DNA of 61,868 nucleotides from Deltaproteobacteria bacterium (GCA_030633185.1 DAOVTG010000001.1:1-61868); one strand, 5' to 3'. Counted from the first letter of the stretch, positions 44,719-54,720 are shown. Numbers and translations: made by a program. The notes: a model not told the origin generated them from the sequence alone.

Positions 44719-46644
44719 TTATACATTCTGCATCTCGTCAGCTTGACTGGCGATCTCTTCGATGGCTTCGGCGATATTTTCCATGCCTTTATTGCCTTGA
44801 GTTGCTGCCGTGGAGGCCTCACTTGCGGCCTTAGTCGCAAATTCCGCCGCCTCGGCAATCTCAGCTACCGCCTTATTGACCTGAGCCACAGCTCCCAAGG
44901 CCTGTTTGGCGGTACCATTGATATCCTCAATGCTGGTCTGAACGACATCGGTCTCTTTTTCAATTCGCTCCAGGTTGGAGGAGGATTCTTTGGCATTTTC
45001 CACATCTTGAAGCGAAGTCTTGCCCGCTAGATCAATATCTGCAGCAACAGTGGTGATCTGATCTCGCATCTGGCGTACCATGTCTTTGATCTTGTCAGCA
45101 TTAGTAGATGAATCATCAGCCAAAGTGCGGATATCAGCGGCAACTACAGAAAAGCCGCGGCCAAATTCACCGGCGCGCGCCGCTTCGATGGAGCCGTTAA
45201 CAGCCAACATATTGGTTTGCAATGTAACGTTAACGATTTGATCGACAATTTTGTCAATACGGTTGGTGCGATCCTGAAGGTTTTGGATGTTTCGAGATGA
45301 ATCCAGGGAGGCATTGGCGGCCTTGGAGATGTTGGCGATCAGATTGCCGACATTAACCTTATTGGCGGCCAAAATTTTCTTCAAAGTTTCAATTTTTTCA
45401 GCCGCATCCGTGGACTCTACATCGACATTTTTGGCTCCCTCTTCGACGCGAGATCCCATCTCTATGCATTTTTCAGAAATTTTTGTCTGGTTCTCAGCCG
45501 ATTTGGCGATCTGCTCGATAGCCGCCATAATCTGGCCTGCCGAAGTTGTTGATTCTTCGATGTTGGCGGAGAGCTCTTCGGCGGCCGCAGCCACCTCTTC
45601 CGCCGATTTCTGGGTGTCGGTGGCATTTTTCAGGGAATCGGAGAGTTCTGCGAGCCCTTCGGCAGCGGTCTGCATCTCGGCAAACGCTTTGTTTTGCTCA
45701 TCTAAAGACTTATTGGACTCCTCGCAGGCACTGGCTTGTTCATTGGTTGATCGGCCAATCTCCTCTGCGGCCTTAAAGAACTCGTTGGCACCGTCCAGAA
45801 CCTCCGCAGCTCCTTGATCCACCTTTTTGCTGCCGGTATTTATGGCCAAAAAGATCTCGCTTATCTGATTTAAGTCCTCAGTGATCTGTTTGGATTTTTC
45901 CATCTCTTCACGGCCGGCATTGCCGGAGGCATCCACATCATTAACGACCTGTTGAACCTGTTCTTTGATCTCATCGACCACGTTACGAATGTTACGGGCT
46001 GAGCTTTCTGAAATTTCGGCCAGGTTGCGCACCTCATCCGCAACTACGGCAAAACCGCGGCCATGCTCTCCGGCTCGGGCTGCTTCAATTGCCGCATTTA
46101 AGGCTAGTAAGTTGGTCTGGTCGGCAATGCGGACAACGGTGCCGACAATTTCACCGATCTCTTCAGAATTTTGTTCCAGAACCTTGATCATCTTGGTTGA
46201 CTCAAGATTGCCTTCAACCGATTTTTTAACTCCGGAGATCAAGGTGTCGATGTTTTTATTAATGGAGTCGATCAACTCCTGTAGAGTTGCGATTTTTTCC
46301 AGGTTGGCCTTGCTTAAACCTAAACAGTTCTCGCTGGCCTCCAGGATCTGTTCAATTTCAGTTTTGGAGTTTTCGGCTGCCGAGGCCGCATGTTCAGATT
46401 TGACGGAGATATCTTCCATGTTGCCTGTCAACTCTTCCGAGGAGGCACCAGCTTGTTCCAGAGAAGCCGACATCTCCTCGACTGCCGTTGCCATACGCTC
46501 GGCTAAGGCCTGAGTTCGGGCCAAAGTTCGGGCTTGAGTTTTGGCCTGGGCCTGTTTTTTTGCTGCCGAACGCTTGGCGGCGAGATCTTCGTGGTCTTCG
46601 TTTTTACCGGTAATGCCTGTGGGACGCGCTAGTTTTCTTGCCAT
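44719..46644 (-). CDS. Soluble methyl-accepting chemotaxis protein with two tandem MCP-signal (MA) domains and a basic N-terminus
   Basis: No TM segment. Two complete hairpin tips, [34 protein letters not shown] and [34 protein letters not shown], lie exactly 300 aa apart. The start MARKLARP at 46644 has AAAGGAG upstream. Confidence 0.85.
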   Translation of the reverse strand: MARKLARPTGITGKNEDHEDLAAKRSAAKKQAQAKTQARTLARTQALAERMATAVEEMSASLEQAGASSEELTGNMEDISVKSEHAASAAENSKTEIEQILEASENCLGLSKANLEKIATLQELIDSINKNIDTLISGVKKSVEGNLESTKMIKVLEQNSEEIGEIVGTVVRIADQTNLLALNAAIEAARAGEHGRGFAVVADEVRNLAEISESSARNIRNVVDEIKEQVQQVVNDVDASGNAGREEMEKSKQITEDLNQISEIFLAINTGSKKVDQGAAEVLDGANEFFKAAEEIGRSTNEQASACEESNKSLDEQNKAFAEMQTAAEGLAELSDSLKNATDTQKSAEEVAAAAEELSANIEESTTSAGQIMAAIEQIAKSAENQTKISEKCIEMGSRVEEGAKNVDVESTDAAEKIETLKKILAANKVNVGNLIANISKAANASLDSSRNIQNLQDRTNRIDKIVDQIVNVTLQTNMLAVNGSIEAARAGEFGRGFSVVAADIRTLADDSSTNADKIKDMVRQMRDQITTVAADIDLAGKTSLQDVENAKESSSNLERIEKETDVVQTSIEDINGTAKQALGAVAQVNKAVAEIAEAAEFATKAASEASTAATQGNKGMENIAEAIEEIASQADEMQNV

Positions 46645-46754
46645 TTTAAACTCCTTTTTACTCTTTAGATTACGGAAAAGAGGTGGGGGCAATCCCGCCA
46701 TTTTCCTTAAGTTATCGAACTTTTACAAACTGAATAGTTACTTTTTGTTATCTT

Positions 46755-48242
46755 TTACAATATCTGGATACCGCATTCTGCATTGGCTTTACCGCTATCC
46801 AGATCTACGGCGTTGACGGAGAGAACTCCATTGGGGTCGATACTGAAAGTGACATCAATATTGGGCTCTCCTTGGGCTTTCTCTGCGTCCATTTCCAACT
46901 GAAACACACCCAGCGAAGTGAACTCTTCTGACCCTTCATGGCCTCTATCCTGCATGACATGAATAGCGACTTCCGGTTGGTTGTTAGCGGTTGTCGTAAA
47001 AAGTCTGGTCTCAGCGCAAGGGTAGGGGGTGCCTGCGGCGATCAAGGGGATAAAAATGCCTTGATCATCCTCCAAACCAAGATTGTGAGAGGTGATATCG
47101 TGAAATTCCATGCCTGCAATTTCATCGTTCAAAATGCCTGCCAGAATCCCGGCCCCTCGGGCCACCGCTTCATCAGGGTTGACTTGGCGTTTAAAAAGTC
47201 GCTCACGGGTTTCAGCCATGGTCTCCGGATCGGGGCTTAAAAAGCGGCATACCATCTCTTCTACCGCCGGAATCCGGGTGGCACCGCCGACCAGTATGAC
47301 TGAATCCACCCAGTTCGGTTCAAGCTCTGCTCGGGCAAACGTCTCGATTAGATATTTTTCAATATCATGGATAATATCTTTGCTGATCTCGCTGAATTTA
47401 TCCCGACTCAAACTTTGATTCAGATGGATGGGGCCCTCGTCGCTTACAGCAATATAAGGAATCATGACGGTGGTCTCGGTAGAGGAGGAGAGGTCGATTT
47501 TGGTCTTTTCGGCATAAATCACGAGTTGCTGAAAGGCGATCGGGTCGTTACGCAGGTCATAGGGCGAATTAAGGTCGAAAGTTTCAAGGGTATGCTCAAT
47601 AATTTGTCGGTCAAAATTTATGCCGCCAACCGTGGTTGCTCCACCCACCCCACGAACTCTGAAAACTTTGTCGCTGTATTCCATCAAGGTTATATCCAGA
47701 GTGCCGCCGCCCAGATCCAGCACCAAAAGTCGAGCTTGCTCTTGAGTACTGCCCAGGCCATAAGTGAGAGCTGCAGCCGTGGGCTCATTGAGTAATTTGT
47801 GAACTTTGATGCCAGCTATAGTGGCGGCCCGCAGAGTGGCTTGACGTTGATTGTCATTAAAGTAGGCCGGTACCGTGATTACCGCATCGGTGATCTCTTG
47901 CTGCAGGTACTGCTCAGCGCAGTTCTTGAGATGGCTGAGAATTAAAGCTGAAATCTCTTCCGGCAGCAAACTCCGGTCGCCAATTGTATAGGGCTCCGTT
48001 GTCCCCATCATAAGTTTGACATTGCTGACTGTGGAGTCGGCATTGAGTACGGCCTGATTTAGAGCCATTTCGCCGACAATAATCTCCTGTTCAGATTTGA
48101 AACAAACCACTGATGGTGTCGTCCGGCTGCCACGTTCATTCGGGATGATTCGCGGTTGTCCATTTTTGATAAATGAGATCAGGGAATTGGTGGTGCCAAG
48201 ATCGATCCCGACAATTCTTGGCTTCGTCGTTGGTTTAGTCAT
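46755..48242 (-). CDS. Hsp70/DnaK-family protein lacking the C-terminal helical lid
   Basis: IVGIDLGTTNS phosphate-1 motif, VLDLGGGTLDITL, ILVGGATRIP, followed by a beta-sandwich-like region only (about 495 aa). Confidence 0.8.
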   Translation of the reverse strand: MTKPTTKPRIVGIDLGTTNSLISFIKNGQPRIIPNERGSRTTPSVVCFKSEQEIIVGEMALNQAVLNADSTVSNVKLMMGTTEPYTIGDRSLLPEEISALILSHLKNCAEQYLQQEITDAVITVPAYFNDNQRQATLRAATIAGIKVHKLLNEPTAAALTYGLGSTQEQARLLVLDLGGGTLDITLMEYSDKVFRVRGVGGATTVGGINFDRQIIEHTLETFDLNSPYDLRNDPIAFQQLVIYAEKTKIDLSSSTETTVMIPYIAVSDEGPIHLNQSLSRDKFSEISKDIIHDIEKYLIETFARAELEPNWVDSVILVGGATRIPAVEEMVCRFLSPDPETMAETRERLFKRQVNPDEAVARGAGILAGILNDEIAGMEFHDITSHNLGLEDDQGIFIPLIAAGTPYPCAETRLFTTTANNQPEVAIHVMQDRGHEGSEEFTSLGVFQLEMDAEKAQGEPNIDVTFSIDPNGVLSVNAVDLDSGKANAECGIQIL

Positions 48243-48279
48243 TTTAATCAATCAATCCATTATCCAGCTATTCACTAAT

Positions 48280-48669
48280 TTACCAATTTAAAACTGCAAG
48301 ATTTTCCGCAGCTCTCTCATTTTCCGAGTCAATTTTCAGTACCTGTTCAAACATCGCTATGGCTTTTTCTTTGAAACCCAATTCGAAATAGACCAGGCCC
48401 AGGTTGTTCATGGCCTTGATGTTGTTTGGTTGTTGATAATGTACGGCTTGTAAAAAGCCCATGGCATCAATGTAGTTCTCTTTGTTCAAGCAGACCAGCG
48501 CCTGTTGGAACAGATTTTGGATCTGCTGGTCACTTTTTTGTTCTAACTCTTCAATGCGGTGGCGTAAACTTGAAATCTCTTGACTGTTTTCCGGACGCGT
48601 ATCAACTAAGGGCTGGACGCCTTTTTCAAACAGCAACTCTCGAAGAGATATTTTTGCTTTTGCACTCAT
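48280..48669 (-). CDS. Small TPR-repeat protein
   Basis: Coiled N-terminus, then TPR-like units (YIDAMGFLQAVHYQQPNNIKAMNNLGLVYFELGFKEKAIAMFEQVLKIDSEN). The ATG overlaps the parA-like stop (ATGA). Confidence 0.7.
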   Translation of the reverse strand: MSAKAKISLRELLFEKGVQPLVDTRPENSQEISSLRHRIEELEQKSDQQIQNLFQQALVCLNKENYIDAMGFLQAVHYQQPNNIKAMNNLGLVYFELGFKEKAIAMFEQVLKIDSENERAAENLAVLNW

Positions 48670-49424
48670 AATATCTCAATCTTCTGAGTCAGTTTTGCGT
48701 AATCAGAAGCGCCGATACTCTTTTCGTCGTATTCGAAAATTGTTTGACCATGGGCCGGGGCTTCGGCCAAAGTGATATTGGTACGGATGGGAGGTAACAG
48801 TTTGTCCGGGCCAAAAGTTTTCGTGATCTCTTTACCAATCTCCTTGGCCAGTTTGGTGTTTTTATTGTAAAGGGTGGGAATGATGCCGGCCATGCGAAGT
48901 TTCGGATTATAGCTGGCGTTCAACTTGTAAATAACCTGCATCATTTCGGCCAAGCCTTCCATGGCAAGAAAATGCAAAGGCATAGGGATGTAGACCTCGC
49001 GGGCTGCAATAAGGCCGGAAATCATCAATAGCCCCAAGGTCGGCGGCGGATCGATAATAATAAAATCATAATTAACCAACTGGTCGTTCAAATGCTCGGC
49101 CAGTATTATCTCGCTATCTTCCCGGCCGGTATTTTCGAGCTCAAAACCACCCAGTTCACGGGATGCCGGTAAGAGCGAGAGGCCAGCAATATGGCTGGCT
49201 AAAATCACTTCCCCTATGGGCACTCGGTCTAAAAGGACATCGGCCAGGCTGCTTTTGACCATGCCCGGCTTAAAACCCAGACCAATCGTGGTATGGGATT
49301 GGGGGTCGATGTCAACCAATAAGACCCGATGTCCCCGAATGACCAGGCCATGGGCAACATTGACGGCTGTAGTAGATTTCCCACAACCACCTTTACGGTT
49401 GGCAAAGATACAGATTCTGGTCAT
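48666..49424 (-). CDS. ParA/MinD-family deviant Walker-A ATPase at the head of the chemosensory cluster
   Basis: ANRKGGCGKSTTAVNVA (KGGxGKS/T), IIIDPPP Walker B-like. The start MTRICIF at 49424 has GGAGA upstream. Confidence 0.85.
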   Translation of the reverse strand: MTRICIFANRKGGCGKSTTAVNVAHGLVIRGHRVLLVDIDPQSHTTIGLGFKPGMVKSSLADVLLDRVPIGEVILASHIAGLSLLPASRELGGFELENTGREDSEIILAEHLNDQLVNYDFIIIDPPPTLGLLMISGLIAAREVYIPMPLHFLAMEGLAEMMQVIYKLNASYNPKLRMAGIIPTLYNKNTKLAKEIGKEITKTFGPDKLLPPIRTNITLAEAPAHGQTIFEYDEKSIGASDYAKLTQKIEIL

Positions 49425-49652
49425 TTTTTTTCTCCGCAGGTTGACTACAATTTCCGTAAACACTCAGCCTACCTAATGCGTCTGAAATTTCTCGCAAGAG
49501 AACAAACATAATCCTTATTTTACAACATTTTGTGTTGTAATATAAGTAAAAAAAAAGACTAAAATACAACGATAAAACATCTATTAAAACTAGAGGTTTA
49601 AAGAGGGAGAGAGAAAAAGGTTGTTTCATGTTTACTTTTAGAGGTTAGTATG

Positions 49653-49685
49653 TTAGCCATCCTATTACTTTTTACGAGTTCATCA
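49653..49685 (+). repeat. Degenerate copy D of the TTAGCCATC...CATCA box
   Basis: TTAGCCATCCTATTACTTTTTACGAGTTCATCA versus TTAGCCATCCCGTGACTTTTCACGAGGGCATCA at 10046-10078. Confidence 0.45.
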
Positions 49686-49768
49686 GGTGAATGATATATA
49701 GTTATGGGATCTTTTTACCTGTCGACTTGCCGTCGACTTGTCTTGGCTCAGAGAGTAAGGAGTTTTTA

Positions 49769-50185
49769 ATGGAATTTTTCGAGTGGTTGGACAGTTATTC
49801 AATTCATAATCCCAATATTGATGCTGAGCATCAAATTTTTATCAAGTTGATTAACAGGTTGATTTCCGCAAATAATGATGGCCTGGACGACTATTACAAA
49901 GAACGTCTGAGTCTGGAAATTCAAAAATATGCCGAGTTTCATTTTGTCAGTGAAGAAAATTTTATGATTGATATCGACTATCCTTTACTGGAGGAACACC
50001 AACAACAGCATACTTTAATTCTGGAAAAGTTTAATGTTGAGATGAATTATATTGAGCTCGGCCAAAAGAGTTATGCGGAATTTATAACCTTTTTGGTTGA
50101 TTGGCTTACAGAACATACGCTTACGCAGGACAAAAAAATCGGTGATTTTGTTAAAGAGAGCAGTGACCCGAATGGTAGTCGGTAA
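49769..50185 (+). CDS. Hemerythrin-like (bacteriohemerythrin) metal-binding protein
   Basis: [22 protein letters not shown]...FHFVSEE...HQQQH...[10 protein letters not shown] gives the His/Glu/Asp ligand pattern. AAGGAG RBS. The stop overlaps the next ATG (TAATG). Confidence 0.8.
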   Translation: MEFFEWLDSYSIHNPNIDAEHQIFIKLINRLISANNDGLDDYYKERLSLEIQKYAEFHFVSEENFMIDIDYPLLEEHQQQHTLILEKFNVEMNYIELGQKSYAEFITFLVDWLTEHTLTQDKKIGDFVKESSDPNGSR

Positions 50186-51804
50186 TGAACGATAATTTTC
50201 CTTGTAAAACTTTGCTGATTTTAAGTGATCATCCTGAAAATATGGAGCTTTTAGGAGATGCTTTAAAGGATGAATATTGCATTGTTAAAGAGGAACTCGA
50301 CCGTAATGGTCTAAAGAATCCTTCCCCCTTGGCGAAGGCGGATTTAATTCTTTTAGACACCAATTTGATGGGCCGTAATGGTTTAGATCTTCACTGCTGG
50401 TTGCAGGAAGTTCCGGGAATAGAGCAGGTTCCGGTTATGATTCTCTCGGCTCTTAATCACGAGGAGGATATTGTTGCGGGTTTTGCGGCCGGGGCGGTTG
50501 ATTACATAGCCAAGCCTTATAAGCTTTCAATTATGAGAGCCCGGGTCAAAACTCAGTTTAAACTTTTGCACGCCTTAGAGATTGCCGAGCAGGCCAATCA
50601 GGCAAAAAGCGAATTTTTGGCCAATATGAGTCATGAAATACGGACTCCGCTCAATGCCATAATCGGTATGAACCATTGTGCTCTGGAGTCGTCGCCTCCG
50701 GACAATGTCAGGAGTTTTTTAGAAAATGTAAAAATCTCGGCTGATTCGCTTCTCGCGGTTGTCAATGATGTTCTCGATTTTTCCAAGATAGAAGCGGGTC
50801 GGCTTGAGTTGTTAGAGAGGCCGTTTGATTTGGCCTGCTTAATAGAAGAACTTCTGGAAACATACTCGGTTGGCGCGAAAGAGAGAGGCAACCAGATTGT
50901 CCAGGAGGTCGACAGCCACATCTTTCAGGCATTGATCGGCGATGACCACAGATTGCGCCAGGTTCTGGTTAATCTGATCAGTAATGCGGTAAAATTTACT
51001 GAAAACGGTAAAATTATTCTTGGGGTTTTTATCAAACAGGAATCCGAGACTGAGATTCTACTGCAATTTAAAGTCTCTGATACCGGTATAGGTATACCTC
51101 TTGAGGTTCAGAACAGTATATTCAAGAGCTTTACTCAGGCTGATTCGACGATCACCAGGCGCTACGGTGGTACTGGTCTGGGGTTGGCAATTTGTCAACA
51201 GTTGGTTCAGTTGATGGGAGGTAGTATCGGGCTTGAAAGTCGTTCCGGGGTTGGCAGTACCTTCTCTTTTACGGCTCAATTTAAGAAAGCTCTCCCGGAA
51301 ACGTGCCCGGCTGAAGTTGAAGGATCTCTTGACGAGTCGGTGTTTCTAACTCCCTTACGCATCCTTGTGGTTGAAGATAACCAGTTCAATCGGGAATTGG
51401 TCCAGTTTCTTCTTGAAAAAGAGGGGCACCAGGTAACGACGGTTGAAGATGGGCTTAAAGCGTTGGAAAGCCTGATGCTGGATAGTTTTGACGCTGTTTT
51501 AATGGATGTCCAGATGCCGGAGATGGATGGAATTACGGCCACGAAATTTATCCGGGATTGTGAAAAAAGTAGTCTCGATGATCGTTCTCCTCATCAGAAA
51601 ATTGGGGCTCGGCTTACGACAAAAATTAAAGGGGGTCGCATCCCGGTTATCGCGATGACCGCCCATGCCATGTCCGGTGATCGTGATAAATGTTTAGAGG
51701 CCGGTATGGATGACTATATTACCAAACCTTACCAGCCGGATGAGATTTTCAAAGTACTCAGACGAGTTTTAGCATGCGAGGTACAAAATGGGAAATCTGA
51801 TTGA
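50185..51804 (+). CDS. Hybrid histidine kinase (REC-HisKA-HATPase_c-REC)
   Basis: N-terminal REC ([13 protein letters not shown]...AKP), H-box [15 protein letters not shown]-boxes, C-terminal REC ([11 protein letters not shown]...[11 protein letters not shown]...TKP). Confidence 0.85.
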   Translation: MNDNFPCKTLLILSDHPENMELLGDALKDEYCIVKEELDRNGLKNPSPLAKADLILLDTNLMGRNGLDLHCWLQEVPGIEQVPVMILSALNHEEDIVAGFAAGAVDYIAKPYKLSIMRARVKTQFKLLHALEIAEQANQAKSEFLANMSHEIRTPLNAIIGMNHCALESSPPDNVRSFLENVKISADSLLAVVNDVLDFSKIEAGRLELLERPFDLACLIEELLETYSVGAKERGNQIVQEVDSHIFQALIGDDHRLRQVLVNLISNAVKFTENGKIILGVFIKQESETEILLQFKVSDTGIGIPLEVQNSIFKSFTQADSTITRRYGGTGLGLAICQQLVQLMGGSIGLESRSGVGSTFSFTAQFKKALPETCPAEVEGSLDESVFLTPLRILVVEDNQFNRELVQFLLEKEGHQVTTVEDGLKALESLMLDSFDAVLMDVQMPEMDGITATKFIRDCEKSSLDDRSPHQKIGARLTTKIKGGRIPVIAMTAHAMSGDRDKCLEAGMDDYITKPYQPDEIFKVLRRVLACEVQNGKSD

Positions 51805-53074
51805 TGATGGCCATGCGGTCATGAAAAAAATCCTTTTGGTTGAAGATAACCGTTTCTTCGGAGCGATGTTGATCCGGAAATTTGCCAAAGAGAGTGATCT
51901 GGAGATTGTCTGGGCGCAAAGTTTGAGCGAAAGCCGCGATATTTTGGCTTCCGGTGAGCATGTTTTTTTTGCGGCGATTCTCGATTTCAATCTTCCTGAT
52001 GCTCCTCGGGGTGAGGTTATTGTAGAGGTTATAGCTCATAGTATACCGGTTCTTGTCTTTACTGCCAGCAGTGATGCCGTAGTTCGGGATAAGGTTTGGT
52101 CTTACAATGTTGTCGACTATGTTTTCAAAGATGATGCTCAAAGTCTTGAGTATCTAATCTATTTGATCCGTCGTCTTGAGAAGAACCAACAAACCAAGGT
52201 TATGGTGGTTGATGATTCATCTTTTTTCCGCAAGGTTTTGGTCGATCTTTTAGAGACTCATCAATTCCAAGTTCTATCTGCCTCGGACGGAAAGGCGGCT
52301 CTTGCCTTGTTTGAAGAGCACCCTGATATTAAGTTGGTACTGACCGATTTTGAGATGCCTGAATTGACTGGTCTTGAGTTGACCCGGAAACTACGGCAAC
52401 GCTATCGTCGTGACGAATTGGTGATTATCGGTATTTCTGCGGCCGGAGACCAGATGGTGGCGGCCAGTTTTATAAAAAACGGGGCTAATGATTTTATTGT
52501 CAAGCAGACCTTTATGACCGAAGAGTTCTACAGTCGGATTACGCAAAATATTGAGAATGTTGAACGCGCCCAGATGATCCTTGAGATGTCGATCAAAGAT
52601 CATCTGACCGGACTCTATAATCGTCGTTATCTCTTTGAGGCCGGGATTCAGTTTTTTGACCGGGCGCGGCGGCAGAAAACGACGATTGTTTGTGCTATGC
52701 TTGACATCGACCATTTCAAAAGGGTCAACGACAATTATGGTCACGATGTCGGCGATTTGGTTTTGCGTCGGTTAGGGGAGGTTTTGCAGGATAATTTTCG
52801 CACCACCGATATCGTTGCCCGCTTCGGCGGGGAAGAGTTTTGTGTTCTGGCAGTTGATCTTGATGAGAGTGGTGCGGTTAAACTTTTTGAGAGGTTGCGA
52901 GAGAAAGTTAAGCACCAAACTTTTACAACCGCAAAGGGTGAAAACCTTTCCGTTACCATTAGCATCGGAATTTGCACGGAACTCAAAGACAATCTGGAGC
53001 AGATGATCAAAACGGCGGATGAACGACTCTATGAAGCAAAAGAGGGTGGTCGTAACCGGGTTGTGGCGGAATGA
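51788..53074 (+). CDS. PleD-like response regulator diguanylate cyclase (REC-REC-GGDEF)
   Basis: Two receiver domains and a GGDEF domain with GGEEF active site and [16 protein letters not shown] before the ATG at 51788. Confidence 0.85.
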   Translation: MGNLIDDGHAVMKKILLVEDNRFFGAMLIRKFAKESDLEIVWAQSLSESRDILASGEHVFFAAILDFNLPDAPRGEVIVEVIAHSIPVLVFTASSDAVVRDKVWSYNVVDYVFKDDAQSLEYLIYLIRRLEKNQQTKVMVVDDSSFFRKVLVDLLETHQFQVLSASDGKAALALFEEHPDIKLVLTDFEMPELTGLELTRKLRQRYRRDELVIIGISAAGDQMVAASFIKNGANDFIVKQTFMTEEFYSRITQNIENVERAQMILEMSIKDHLTGLYNRRYLFEAGIQFFDRARRQKTTIVCAMLDIDHFKRVNDNYGHDVGDLVLRRLGEVLQDNFRTTDIVARFGGEEFCVLAVDLDESGAVKLFERLREKVKHQTFTTAKGENLSVTISIGICTELKDNLEQMIKTADERLYEAKEGGRNRVVAE

Positions 53075-53094
53075 CGGGATCTACTTTTCATGAA

Positions 53095-53123
53095 TTGACA
53101 AACAGACTCTGTTTGACTAAAAA
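53095..53123 (+). promoter_or_regulatory. Candidate sigma70-type promoter for pgpA-recA, overlapped by a 17-bp perfect palindrome
   Basis: TTGACA (53095-53100), 17-nt spacer, TAAAAA (53118-53123). The palindrome CAAACAGA-C-TCTGTTTG is at 53099-53115. Confidence 0.35.
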
Positions 53124-53176
53124 GAAGATTGTTTGTTATTTTGTTTGTCCGAGAGCTGCTGAATTAAGAGGATTGG

Positions 53177-53638
53177 GTGGTGGAAAGATTAAAAAAAGAA
53201 GATTGGGTCTTGTTTCTGGCCTCGGGTTGTGGACTTGGAGCCCTGCCTAAAGCCCCTGGTACCTGGGGATCTTTAGGGGCTTTGCCTTTATGGTTTCTTT
53301 TTTCCTGGTTGAGTAATAGCTGGTATCTGCTGCTGGTATTGGTTATTGCCGTTATGGCAATTTTTATTGCCGACGAAGCGGGAAAATATTTAGAGGTTAC
53401 CGATAGCCCGGTGATTGTTATTGATGAAGTTGCCGGTCTGTTGTTGGCTTTGACCGGTGTACCTTTTGATTTTGTTAACTTTCTGACGGCATTTCTTCTC
53501 TTTCGTTTTTTTGATATATTTAAACCTTTTCCGGCAAATTGGTGTGAAGAGAATCTGACGGGTGGCCTGGGCGTAGTTGCTGATGATCTGGTTGCCGGCA
53601 TCATGACCTGGGTGGTGATGCATCTTCTGTTTGTCTAA
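53177..53638 (+). CDS. pgpA: Phosphatidylglycerophosphatase A
   Basis: GLGALPKAPGTWGSL, VIDEVAG and FRFFDIFKPFP motifs. GTG start. Confidence 0.85.
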   Translation: MVERLKKEDWVLFLASGCGLGALPKAPGTWGSLGALPLWFLFSWLSNSWYLLLVLVIAVMAIFIADEAGKYLEVTDSPVIVIDEVAGLLLALTGVPFDFVNFLTAFLLFRFFDIFKPFPANWCEENLTGGLGVVADDLVAGIMTWVVMHLLFV

Positions 53639-53676
53639 TTTTTTTGTTTGACTATATGTTGAAATAGGAGTCTTTC

Positions 53677-54714
53677 ATGGATAAAAATCGTCAACGGGCG
53701 ATGGATATGGCGGTTAGTCATATCGAAAAAGAGTTTGGTAAGGGTTCAATCATGCGGCTTGGTGATGAGTCCCGGGCTGATAGTATCGATGTTATTTCAA
53801 CCGGCTCATTGAGTCTTGACATTGCTCTCGGAGTCGGCGGTGTCCCGCGCGGCCGAGTGATCGAGATCTACGGCCCGGAATCTTCGGGTAAGACCACTTT
53901 GGCTTTAAGTATCGTTGCCGAAGCCCAAAAGATCGGCGGGGCCGCGGCTTTTGTCGATGCCGAACACGCACTTGATGTGATCTATGCCCGTAAACTTGGG
54001 GTCAACGTTGACGATCTTCTGGTTTCGCAGCCCGATACCGGAGAGCAGGCTCTGGAGATAACCGAGATTCTGGTGCGCAGCGGAGCCCTTGATGTTGTCG
54101 TTGTTGATTCGGTGGCCGCTTTAGTGCCGAGAGCCGAGATTGAGGGTGAAATGGGGGACTCCCATATGGGTCTGCAGGCTCGACTTATGTCACAGGCCTT
54201 GCGTAAACTGGTGGCGGCGATCAGTAAATCGAAAACCACAGTTATCTTTATCAATCAGATCCGCATGAAAATCGGGGTTATGTTTGGTAATCCGGAAACC
54301 ACTACCGGCGGTAATGCGTTAAAATTTTATGCCACTGTGCGTCTCGAGATTCGTCGAACCGGTGCGATCAAAAAGGGTGAGGATATCCTTGGGAATGCGA
54401 CTCGGGTCAAGGTTGTGAAAAATAAGGTCGCTCCGCCTTTCAAAGAGGCTCGCTTCGATATCCTTTTTGGTGAGGGGATCTCCAAGGCCGGTGATGTTCT
54501 TGACTTGGCGGTTGATTGCGGGGTCGCGGAAAAAAGCGGTTCCTGGTACTCTTATGAAGGTGAACGTTTAGGTCAGGGGCGTGATTTTGTCCGTAGTCAT
54601 CTCAAAGAGAATCCTGATATCCTTGATGGTATGGAGCTGAAAGTTCGGGAATTCTACTCGATTCCGGCAGTCGGCGGTCAAAAGCAGGAGAAACCGGTAG
54701 CAGATAAAGAGTAG
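53677..54714 (+). CDS. recA: Recombinase RecA
   Basis: GPESSGKTT Walker [10 protein letters not shown], full-length canonical RecA. Confidence 0.95.
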   Translation: MDKNRQRAMDMAVSHIEKEFGKGSIMRLGDESRADSIDVISTGSLSLDIALGVGGVPRGRVIEIYGPESSGKTTLALSIVAEAQKIGGAAAFVDAEHALDVIYARKLGVNVDDLLVSQPDTGEQALEITEILVRSGALDVVVVDSVAALVPRAEIEGEMGDSHMGLQARLMSQALRKLVAAISKSKTTVIFINQIRMKIGVMFGNPETTTGGNALKFYATVRLEIRRTGAIKKGEDILGNATRVKVVKNKVAPPFKEARFDILFGEGISKAGDVLDLAVDCGVAEKSGSWYSYEGERLGQGRDFVRSHLKENPDILDGMELKVREFYSIPAVGGQKQEKPVADKE

Positions 54715-54720
54715 ATATCA

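Noticed and set aside
45287-46513. Two long plus-strand ORFs (45287-45817 and 45965-46513) inside the MCP gene
   Set aside because: Their Ser/Ala-rich low-complexity translations are the antisense image of the Ala/Glu/Gln-rich coiled coil of the MCP. They are nested in a gene carrying two canonical MCP tip motifs.
46645-46754. Sigma28 (FliA-type) promoter upstream of the soluble MCP
   Set aside because: A CGATAA element and two TTGTAAAAG direct repeats are present. The spacing to any TAAA -35 element does not fit the 15-nt consensus, so the match is too weak to call.
53164-53604. 146-aa minus-strand ORF overlapping pgpA
   Set aside because: It is the mirror of the pgpA frame. Its product is basic and low-complexity, whereas the plus-strand frame carries the PgpA motifs (GTWGSL, VIDEVAG).
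53075-53676. Canonical SOS (LexA) box upstream of recA
   Set aside because: I found neither CTGT-N8-ACAG nor GGTT-N10-ACC type sites in the pgpA or recA upstream regions. Only the different palindrome reported as a finding is present.
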